Assembly: GCA_951406725.2 (NCBI GenBank)
Contig: OX597835.1
Location: 44,764,001 to 44,828,000, forward strand
Reading direction: 5' to 3'
DNA: 64,000 nucleotides
Source of the DNA: Octopus vulgaris
Taxonomy: Eukaryota
Shown: positions 53,166 through 64,000 of the stretch, piece by piece
Position numbering within the stretch: position 1 is the first letter of the stretch
Layout of the letters: each line of letters starts with the position of its first letter
The notes under the pieces: model-generated
Database searches by the model: none
Told to the model about the DNA's origin: nothing
The model's input: the letters and a program-made list of their open reading frames with translations, nothing else
Program-made: the position numbers and the translations under genes

Positions 53166-53168
<3 letters not shown>
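51965..53168 (+). mobile_element. Solo pseudo-LTR fragment of a PLE related to the 25194 element
   Basis: Bounded by (TA)n; HHR near the 3' end; sequence after the HHR (attcttgttgctt...ttataat.accc...tatgga.aacaccat) resembles 26766-26824. Confidence 0.65.
52961..53044 (+). ncRNA. Type I hammerhead ribozyme with long stem II loop
   Basis: tgg-CTGATGA-ttgct...agcgt-GAAA-cgatcg-TA-cca; palindromic stem III, short stem I. Confidence 0.7.
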
Positions 53169-53212
<44 letters not shown>

Positions 53213-53320
53213 CAGTTCTTATTTTTCATCTCCTTGAAATTGCTCTTAAATGTTTTGACTGCTTCTTCTAGCGTGTAAAACTAACTGTTAAAGGTAGTTC
53301 TCATGGGTTTAAATGTACAC

Positions 53321-53423
<103 letters not shown>

Positions 53424-53458
53424 TAAGAAAGTTTGTTTGGTAAAGCACGTGGGTGAAT

Positions 53459-53809
53459 ATATAAGAAAATAGTAAAGTGTGAAAAAACGACAGAAGGCTT
53501 AAATGTTAAAAAATATATATATTTGTGTCAAAATGTCTGGAGAATATTGGAAAAATTGTTTTTCCTTTCCTTAAAATGACATAATTTTAAAATTTTTAAA
53601 GAAATTACCGGTTTCGCGTGTAGCTTTTCAAATTTCTAAGAAATTTGAAAAGCTACACGCGAAACCGGTAATTTCTTTAAAAATTTTAAAATTATGTCAT
53701 TTTAAGGAAAGGAAAAAAATTTTTCCAATATTCTCCAGACATTTTGACACAAATATATATATTTTTTAACATTTAAGCCTTCTGTCGTTTTTTCACACTT
53801 TACTATTTT

Positions 53810-53814
<5 letters not shown>
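53459..53814. repeat. ~355-bp near-perfect palindrome with a variant HHR on each strand at its centre
   Basis: Centre at 53638; right arm agaaat-TTGAAAA-gc tacac gc-GAAA-ccgg-TA-atttct (53639-53676), mirrored at 53600-53637. Confidence 0.85.
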
Positions 53815-53860
<46 letters not shown>

Positions 53861-53995
53861 GTAGGTATGTATAAATATAAATATATACATATATATATAT
53901 GTATGTATATATATATACATATATATTTATACTTATTTATGTATGTATGTATGTATATATATGAATATTATATATATATATATATTTTGCTAGCA

Positions 53996-54042
53996 AAAAC
54001 TGTCCGATGAACGGCAACGGGAAACTCAGAGTAACAGGTTTT
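53996..54042 (+). ncRNA. Hammerhead-like motif, family C (CCGAUGA core)
   Basis: ctgt-CCGATGA-a cg gcaa cg g-GAAA-ctc a gag-TA-acag; followed by a ~100-bp tail shared with 13186 and 17040. Confidence 0.65.
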
Positions 54043-54139
54043 GTTGAATTTTCTGCTGCTTTAAATAAAGCATATTACTCTACCACTGGTATTTGAGTAC
54101 TCTTTTTTCCACCTTGTTTGACATTTATGTGTTTACTCC

Positions 54140-54253
<114 letters not shown>

Positions 54254-54273
54254 TATATTAATATATTTATGTA

Positions 54274-54309
<36 letters not shown>

Positions 54310-54631
54310 CGTATGTATATATAATATTATTCTTTCTAAGTTGCTGTCAAGAATATTATTGTTTAAGCATAATAAATTTCCACTCTGCATAAGTATTGAA
54401 TAATGCATCAGATTAATATGAATTTGTTTTTAATATAACTGAACATAAAAACAAATATTAACAGAAATATAGAGATGTGAGTGTGTGTGTATAAATACAT
54501 ACACACACACAAACACACGCACACTTGCACACACGTGCGCACACACACATACACATACACACACACATACATATGCACACACACACACACACAAATATAT
54601 AGTTAGCTAGCTTGGTAGCTGGGTAGATAGG

Positions 54632-54668
<37 letters not shown>

Positions 54669-54712
54669 AGTGAGTGAGTGAGAAAAAAAAATATATATAG
54701 ATAGATAGATAA

Positions 54713-54780
<68 letters not shown>

Positions 54781-56352
54781 GTATAACTCTGAAATTCAGT
54801 CGGTTTCCCCATCACTGCCAACATCTCAGATAACTCCCAAAATTCTGCTACAAAGAGCGCGTGGGGTAACACATTAGGAGACGGGACCGCCTCCTTCACC
54901 CTGCTGCTGTCTGTGTAGTGTTGCTTTTTACAGCAGAAACAAACACTGATTGCACGAGGAAAGTGCCATTCTGTTTCACACCCTCCGTATAGCTGTTTTA
55001 AATTTCAGATTCGGTTCCAAGGGTTACCAGTACTTGAGGATGAGATAGGCCGATTGGATTGACCCCAATTCTCGCCTCGTAGTTAGTTGATGGAGCTCGA
55101 AATAAGGAAAGTTAAAGTTGACCTCAGGCAATTAAAATGCAGGACGTAAAGGTGCACGAATATGTCTCTAAGCATTTACCTGTCGTGCTATCGATACTGC
55201 CACCTTGGCACCTCACACTCCACATACATTGCTAATATGTTTCATCGCACCCATGCACACACACTCACATTTTATTTTATTTTACCTTTGTGATTTCGTC
55301 TCTTTACTGGTAACTGCATTAAATTCACACCGTTGCCTGTTTCTAAAGGGTTCCAAGTGCTCTCAATAGTGCTATAACTTTGTACAAATTGCAGATTGCT
55401 GAAGAAAGAAGAAAACATTGACTTCATCTTGGTATCCTTCAGTTATATTTGTTACACACGCTTCAATATTCTGTAATGATGTCACATAAATGCGATCCTT
55501 ACATGCATTTTATAAAAGGTGTATGCATAATCATAACGGGACGATTATTCGGTGTGCAGATGAGTATCGATGTCTCTTTCTCTCTGAGTCTACTTTGACG
55601 ATTATAACTCTTGTTTAGAAGCTCTCGTGCATCATGTTCTGCAAATGAGCAGATGGAAATATTGTTTGATAAATAATACATTGGATTTAAGAAAAATACA
55701 CGGATTCATGTGATCGTCTTTAACCATGTATAGTGTAGTCTGGCGATAATCAGTATAAAAGAAAGGTTGCAAGAATGCAGTAAGAGTAGTTATTAATAAT
55801 TAGCTAATACACACACGTGCACACACGCACACAGACACGCACTCATACACGCGGGCAAAAACACACAAACAAAGACACATACGTACCAAACGAATACACA
55901 CACACACGTATATGAATATACAGTCAAGTATATATATGTGTACAAATGTAAGCGTGCACATTTTCATAACTACATGTATTATATGTATACACACTTAGAC
56001 ATTTGAATGCGTATAGCCGTATATAAGTCGTATGAATGTGGCTTTATGAATGTTTGTGTCTGTTATAAACGTTTCGAAGATTAAAATATATTCGTTGTAG
56101 TGACAGAAAATATAAAGGAAATATTTGCGACAAAATTTCTACAGTAATGGCTTCCAGTCTTTATGGAATTTTTATATGTAAAAATAAAGAAAATGAAATA
56201 TTCCTTCAAAGTTAGGCTTTCGTTATAAATACAATTATGTACTCATGCAGTGTTAGAGATTGGGAAAAAGAAAAATAGGTCGTCGTCGTCGTCGTCGTCG
56301 TAGTAGTAGTAGTAGTAGTTGTATTAGTAGTAGAATTAGTAGTAGTATTAGT

Positions 56353-56410
<58 letters not shown>

Positions 56411-57027
56411 TTAATAGTAATAATAATAATAGGTATTGGTCACCAATCAAAAATTGACGTTTTTCGTTTTAAAATTTCAAGGAATTATGAACTGAACAAA
56501 ATGTATTCTATTAAATTAGAGTCGGTGAATATGTACGAAATTTTGAAGGTATGAATAACTTACAAGTTGGTTTAGAATGATCTGGTGAATAGAGAAAAAC
56601 ATAGAATGGAAAATAGGTGTATCAATGCAATAGTATTTCGGGTAAATATAATGGGAAAAAAGGGGGGAAAGAAAAACGGGGAATAATGTTACTTAAAGCA
56701 AGAAACACTTCAAATAAGGATTTTAGATTTAAAACCTTTCAAGAGGGGTGGGTATTACTACTACTTCCTTGGATAATCTCATTTGAATAATGGGTTTTCA
56801 AATCAATATATTACGTACAAGAGACCCTGTCTCAGTAAGTGAAACGCTTACAAGATGAAGAATTATTCGACAACCGTATTGATCACATTCATAACCAAAA
56901 GCACTAGATTGTTTCCATTTCTCTTCTTATCATTCGTCATATCATCATACACAGACAAACAGACAGACTCATGTACGTGTGTCTGTGGATGTGTGTGTGT
57001 GTATGTGTGCGTGTGCATATAGATATA

Positions 57028-57229
57028 TACGAGGGCGAGCTAAAAAGTTCATGGCTTCGGATAAAAAAAACATAAAGGAGGATTATTTCATTACGATTTT
57101 ATGCAACCTATTTCTCTCACCGACTCACACACTTATTGCAGTAGTCCTTCAGTTTTTCCAAGTCCTAGAAAAGAAGAAATATTTCAAGGTACTCTTGAAA
57201 CCAGGAATACTTCTGTGCACACCCTCTTG
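57028..57229. mobile_element. Degenerate mariner-type MITE
   Basis: Starts tacgagggcgagctaaaaagttcatgg; imperfect inverted end ccaggaatac...accctctt. Confidence 0.4.
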
Positions 57230-58875
57230 TGTGTGTGCAACTGTAATGTTCCCTTCAGCTTTTTCTAACACCCTTCATACACCTTTCAGTAAGGTATAAC
57301 AATTGATTCACCTTCTGTGTAGCGCCTGCGTGAGTATTACGCTCAAGTTAAATCATCTTTGAGGGAATAATCTGAACCACATGAAATCGTAGCTTGCCGG
57401 CAAATACACTTTGTGCATGCGTTAAGTATGCGTGGTCAATAATGAATATTACACTGGTGCTGCTTTAATTTCATCGTTAAATATTTCTTCTATATTTTTT
57501 TATACAGCAACGTCTGAATCCTGGATTTTTGATTTTAATTCTTCACGTGTTATTTACCACAAATTGTCCACATCTGTTACATGCTAAGTTTAAGAAGTAT
57601 TTGCAGCAGCGTTTGGTGTATATGTGTGTTTGTGAAGTGCGCTTGTATGAATTTTTCTGTGCATATATGTGTGATTTACTTGAAAACTATGTAAAACAAC
57701 TGTAGGGTTAAATTCTGAACAACATCTATTAGGGAGGTATTGCATTTCGCTAGTGTCTTTTACCATTTTTATTTCCGAAATACTCTCTCCATTATTTTCT
57801 GGCCAGTGTACATATTCCCCAGAATGTAATTTGGTTTAAAATTTCCTTTCCAGAATATGTGTTCCTTAAAATAAGGCCATTGTTATCAAGGTACTTGTGA
57901 CATTGTATGCTAGAGAATGTTGCCCGGGGAAGATTTTCATGCCGACTAAAGTGTACTGGGACATGACCCTTTGTCAGACAACGTTAATATGACTCTGTTC
58001 CTACATCGGACAAGACGCACTGGGTATAGATCCTATTGTAGAACTTTCTATCACAGAATTATATTCTGAATATATTTCAATAAAAATTAATACGAACATA
58101 CAAAAGCAATATATAACATGGTGACTTTCATACTTATTATTTTGTGTAACATTATTTTACATTATTGAGTGCAGAAAAGAGCGAGGCATTGGCAGCAAAT
58201 ACCTAAAGATCTGAAAGAACTGAAGCGCTATTATAAATGTAAGTTTAGGCCGACCTTTTTCTTTTGCTCTGTATTGAAGTTGTACTGTGTTATGACGTGT
58301 ATTGCGCAATCCTTTTATGATTTAAAAAAAATCACCGATATATTCATATCAGAGACTGTACTAGCACGCATTGAAATCGATATATTATGCCAGTATGCCG
58401 GAATATATCCAAAACCAAAACGGACAATAAAACCAAAGCGTAAATCAAGCATGGGATCTGTTTAAGGAATTAATCAAATAAATCTAGGAGTCGCAGTGTA
58501 ATAGTCAAAGAAAAATTAAAGTGTTATTTCCATTCCAAATATTTTTGATTTGGGCAGAGGAGGAAAAGGACAAGAGGAATACACATCTGATATTTTTTGT
58601 TGATTTTTACTGAAAGTAAATTGCGTTTCGTTTTAGAGAAATAATTGGCTTAAATTCGAGGCTTCTTCAAAGCCCGACAAACAACGTGGTGTTAAATTAT
58701 AAATGAATTAACACAAGCGCAAAAGAAGCCAAAAAATACGAAATATTTTTAAAGAATTTCCCAGTACCCTCTCTTTATGTTTCTCTCTCTCTCTTTCTGT
58801 ACACGCGCGCACACATACACTTATATATATATGTGTTTGTGTATATCTCTCTCACACACTCTCTCTCTGTATATA

Positions 58876-59290
58876 TCATCATCATCATCATCATCATCCT
58901 CGTTTAATGTCCGTTATCCATGCTAGCATGGGTTGGACGGTTCAACTGGAATCTGGGAAGCCAGAAGGCTGCATCAGGCTCCAGTCGGATCTGGCAGTGT
59001 TTCTACAGCTGGATGCCCTTTCTAACGCCAACACCTCCGTGTGTGTAGTGGGTGCTTTTTACGCGCCACCGGCACAGGGATCACAACTGCAGTTTCCATT
59101 GATTTTTGATGTTGAGGTACTTGACTCAACAGGTCTCCTCAAGCACAGGGTCAAAACGGTGTTTCTTTACTTGTCACCTGCACAAGAGTCAGTCCAGCGG
59201 CACTGGCAACTACCGGGTGCCAGACATAGGATTGGTTCATTTTCGATTCCGATTTCACATGCCCCAACAGGTCTTCACAAGGTTGGCATA
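58876..59290 (-). mobile_element. SINE/LINE 3' fragment with (GAT)n tail
   Basis: (cat)n then gtttaatgtccg...ccatgctagcatgggttggacgg; related to 455-660. Confidence 0.65.
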
Positions 59291-59469
59291 TATATGTATA
59301 ATATATATATATAATTATTTATATTTGAGGGAATAAAATCCAAAACTTACAAGGGGAAAAATTCAATTTAGAAATATTAAATCAAATTTCACACAATATA
59401 ATATATATTTAAAAAAATAGAAAAAAACACCTTTTATTCTACAATTTATATACGTTATTATTATTATTA

Positions 59470-59527
<58 letters not shown>

Positions 59528-59535
59528 TATTATTA

Positions 59536-59597
<62 letters not shown>

Positions 59598-59732
59598 GCA
59601 ATTTACTTATTCTTGGACATTCTATTGTTATTTTATTGTTAATATTTATATTATATGTAATTTTTTAGGTGGTGTAATTTAATTGTTCATTTTGAATTGA
59701 TAAAAGGTGTTTTTTTTTCTAATTTTCATATA

Positions 59733-60840
59733 TCTTTATATATAAAACTCAACTTGTGTGTCTGTGTCAGTATATGTGTGTCTGTGTGTTTAACTTCCCG
59801 GCACATCTCCTCCTAGCCAACAAAGCGTAGTACCCCCCAAAATGGGTCACTTAAAGGTTAGGTGAATGAAAATTGAACTGCGCTATTTCTGTTCCGAAAT
59901 TCATCTCGCAAGTACAAAAATCGATAATGTATTTGTTTAGGCCTTATTCCATGCATTGAATAGTGAAATTTACTCAGTCAGCTGTTTGACGTGAACTGTG
60001 TTCACCACGCGTGCAAGCATGCGTAAATTGCATGAAAAATAAAAAAAAATCAAGATATAAAAACGAATTGCCATAAACATTTTATAAATTCGGCAAAGAA
60101 ATGAATTTTCGGGATGTAGCCTGTGGGGGGGGGTCGTATTAATCGTTTGGACTTTGTTAACACATACCAGTTGTTTTCATAACATTTTTAACGCTTTGAA
60201 TCAAATATGACCATTTTGCGTTGAGTCTGCAGTTTAAATCACTTTAACCAAATTTTAGCAGGCCGGATATTTGATCATCACGATACATCGCCAGCGACTC
60301 CCTGAAAGTCTTCCCTGAAATCCCCGTTGAGAAATCTATGTATATAAAACTCAACTTGTGTGTCTGTATGTGTATCTGTGTGTGTGTATGTGTGTTTAAC
60401 TTTTGTATCTACCAAGTTTCATTATTAAGGATGGAAAGTAGTGTGTAGCAAATCTATATATATAAAGCTGAAGTTGTCCGTGTGAGGCAGGCTTGGTAGC
60501 CTTCAACTAACACTATCTCCTTCTAGATCCTGCAGCGCAAGTTGACCGAAATTGAGAGTATGATAGAAGGCTTGCTCTTCATTCTGTAGAAGATAGAATT
60601 CAAATCGGACCATGTTAACACCAAAAATTATTCACATCAAAAAGGTGCTTTTTTTTTCTATGAAAATCCCAATTATTTACGATTTTTGACTGCCATGTCA
60701 CCATTTTTCGATGTATTTCAACTGGGAAAATGTTCACTCGAAGAGAATAACAAGTTGCATTATGCAAAAGTTTTACTTTTCAAAAATTCCAATTCAAAAG
60801 GGTCGAAACAAACCCAAGCAACACCGGGTGATACTGCTAG
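59733..60840 (+). mobile_element. Non-autonomous Helitron(s) with stacked 5' ends
   Basis: A|TC..tatataaa starts at 59733, 60335 and 60453; imperfect 3' hairpin acccaagcaacaccgggt then CTAG|T at 60840. Confidence 0.7.
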
Positions 60841-60843
60841 TAT

Positions 60844-60936
<93 letters not shown>

Positions 60937-61691
60937 CATATATATATAAAGCTCACATGTGATTTAAACGATTAGGTACGCTAGGTAAGTGCTATAACGG
61001 ATTACTAGGCTCCAAGGTAACAGCCAAGACGGTAGTTGTGGAGCTATTGCAGATTTCTGATGCAGCAAACATCAAGGCAAGGTAAACTTCTCAAGTCGTA
61101 TACAATATTATTATAGGAAGTAATTCGCAATCTTACAGCTGTTTGTTGAATATTCCTGAGTATGGAATATTCCGTTATGAGAGACAAATAGAGAACAAAA
61201 ATAGGGAAAATGGTGCATATTAATAAGTTGGCGACACAGAGGAATTAAGTAAAAGAATAAAGAGGTGAAAAAAGCATTAAAAAAAAGTTCATATTTCAAT
61301 TCCAAAGTTATAGAAAGTGAGATCTTAGGTACAATCTTGCGTATATCCACGTGGGTTAACATCCTGATATAGTAGACATCCCAAGAAACAAGACGCGAAC
61401 ATACCAGTGTTCATTAACAGAATGTTTTTTGTTTTTTTCTTCTTTTTTCCATCTCCGTATTCTTTTAATCCCTTCGTCTATATCGTCATCTCGTTGATAT
61501 ATACCATTCTCCTTTCCCTATTTGTTTCTGATGATGGAGTAAGCCATACTCAGGAATATCGCAGAGGTAGGTGTAAGATTTTGAATTTCTTCTTATGATA
61601 ATAATTCATACAACTTGAGGTACATGCCTTGCCTTAATGTTTGCTGCCCTGTTACAATTAAATAAATAAATAAATAAATAGATAGACAAAT

Positions 61692-61760
<69 letters not shown>

Positions 61761-61901
61761 AATTCAGGGTGAATACTTGATAGTTGTAAGCACCTGTATG
61801 TACCATTTAGTGGTGTAGGTGATAGAGTATATTAATCAAAATAAAAACATAATTCAAAGGATTTAGCGGAATCATGTTTTCATTTTGTATATATTTATTA
61901 T

Positions 61902-61956
<55 letters not shown>

Positions 61957-62459
61957 GAAATAGCGGTAAAACATGAATTGTATATCTCTTTAATTCCGAA
62001 ACGCGTATGTGGTTAACGACAGGCGTGTGGATTCGTTATTTTTTCCCTATACCTACGTAAAATAAGAGTATTGCTGTCTGGGAGATATCGTATGGTTGAG
62101 GAATATTATCTTAAATGCTATTTCTAATTCTGTATGTGGTGAAGCAATGTGCTGAGCTCCAATTATAATTATGCCTATGATTATAGAATTTTTGTATAAG
62201 GTTACCGATAAAGGTTGTTTTAACACACCGAACTACTTGGTAAAATTATTAATTATTAATTACTTAATTTTACCCTTTATTATTATTGAAAGTATATATA
62301 TATATATATATATATATATTACGGAAATGTACTTGCATAGCAAGTGATTTGATCTGAGATCGTGTGCTGAAACGAAAACAATTGCAGCGTAGAAGGTGTT
62401 TGTAAGCCATTTAAGAAACACACAAAAGCCATTCGATTCACTTCAACATTTAAGTTTAA

Positions 62460-62510
62460 TTTGTCAAAATATTTTCGTCGCTTTAAGACCGCGGCCTATT
62501 CACTGACAAA
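62460..62510 (-). ncRNA. Variant hammerhead-like motif (G3/U8 core)
   Basis: Minus strand reads tttgtca-GTGAATA-ggccgc ggtcttaaa gcgac-GAAA-atat-TT-tgacaaa; 7-bp stem I. Confidence 0.5.
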
Positions 62511-62511
62511 A

Positions 62512-63174
62512 ATACAAAAAAGACAGATGATACAAAAGAAGGACAAGAAAGAACACGGACGGGTCATTTGAGGTTTTATTTCTTCAGTCGAGTTCCAGAT
62601 TATCTTTGCAATTTGGGCTGGTTTTATTCGAGATTGCTCCAATCTGGTCAGCCCCAAGGAAAAACTAACCTAAGAGCATTAGATTTCTTGGAAGAAAGCA
62701 GCGAATGTTTACGAAAACAAGGAAGGGAAAAAACGTAGAAATGGTACACAAAGACAAATGCAAATAACAGGACATTAACAACAGGTGTCTTTCGACTAAA
62801 GACGAATTAAATTAAGCTGGCGTGTGTGGAAATGAAGCCTAACGACAGAGACATAGGAGATGACAGGCATGGGGAGGAATATAGATGTTGCACGGATGGT
62901 AGTCGAACTAAGAAAGAAAGGTCAGGCTTGGCCGAAACCGGTCATGTGGAGAGAGATGAGAGACGAAGAGGCAGAGGGTTGGAAGAATTAGGGAGGGATG
63001 AGAGAAAGAAAAAGGAGAGAGTGAAGTGAAAGAGGAAGGAAGATGGGAATGAAGAGGAAACCAGAAATTGTGAGCGAGGGGAACAAAAGAAAGGAGAGTG
63101 GAAAGAACGAAGTATGTTTGAAGGGCCTGATAGAAAGAAAGAAAGAAAGAAAAATGAAAGAATAAGAGAATCGT

Positions 63175-63230
<56 letters not shown>

Positions 63231-63412
63231 CGTACTTACATATAAGAGACCAAAGTGTACGTACGTCAACATTTGAGCGAATTTGCAAAGATAATCTGGA
63301 ACTCGGGTTAGAAAGAAAACTTCGAATGACCCGTCCGTGTCTTTTCTTGTCCTCTTTTTTTATCGTCTGCCTTGATGTTTTGAGTTCTTGTCCCATGTTT
63401 AGTATTCCTTTT
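62512..63412. mobile_element. Repeat with diverged inverted ends, family related to 31777-31910
   Basis: ~62512-62612 is the reverse complement of ~63283-63380 (ttgcaaagataatctggaactcg...gacccgtccgtg). Confidence 0.6.
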
Positions 63413-63444
63413 TATATATGTATGACGGCGCACGTACACGTTGA

Positions 63445-63485
<41 letters not shown>

Positions 63486-63486
63486 T

Positions 63487-63523
<37 letters not shown>

Positions 63524-63887
63524 GTATATATATATATACGTGCGTTAAATGACTCACTATACAATGTGGTCCTGTGTTTATTGTGATACAATTAGTCGTT
63601 CAATTTTCTTCCATTATACAACTGTTATATTATTTTCATATGCAACGAGACGACAACAATAACGAGACATTATGAGCAAAATATTTGCCGTCCCAATGCA
63701 GGAAAATCGACTGAGGACGAAGAGCGGACGAAATGCTTTCGAATTTGTCAGTTAATGAATTTGGAACACTGGGTACACTACAGCAGATGAGGAAAAAACA
63801 TAGATAAAGCACAAGAAGGAGCCATTCCATGAAATATCAGTCCAATATGAACGTTTCATTTGAATTTAGACAACTACGACAACTGCA

Positions 63888-63929
<42 letters not shown>

Positions 63930-64000
63930 GATGAATATGATGATGATGATGAGGAGGAGGAGGATATAATGATAATAATATTGAAAATAATAATAATAAT

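Overview
AT-rich, microsatellite-laden eukaryotic intergenic or intronic DNA. Its SINE repertoire and repeat landscape suggest a cephalopod (octopus-like) genome; this is an inference. I recognise no host gene, and most ORFs in the track are translations of simple repeats. Identifiable content: (i) a near-complete Penelope-like element (PLE) at 25194-31456, with RT + GIY-YIG ORF and two ~1.6-kb pseudo-LTRs, each ending in a type I hammerhead ribozyme (HHR); (ii) a non-coding ~453-bp tandem/inverted array at 49229-51270 with an HHR in each complete unit, i.e. a retrozyme-like candidate circular-RNA element; (iii) about a dozen further HHR or HHR-like motifs from several distinct families, mostly inserted in (TA)n tracts, often as head-to-head palindromes, some with altered 3-8 core positions; (iv) a 5'-truncated CR1-type LINE with an open RT ORF whose 3' tail matches the most abundant SINE in the window; (v) remnants of a mariner, a Tx1/L1 LINE and Helitrons, plus several SINE families. 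All ribozyme calls are by eye from motif and pairing patterns and need covariance-model and biochemical confirmation.
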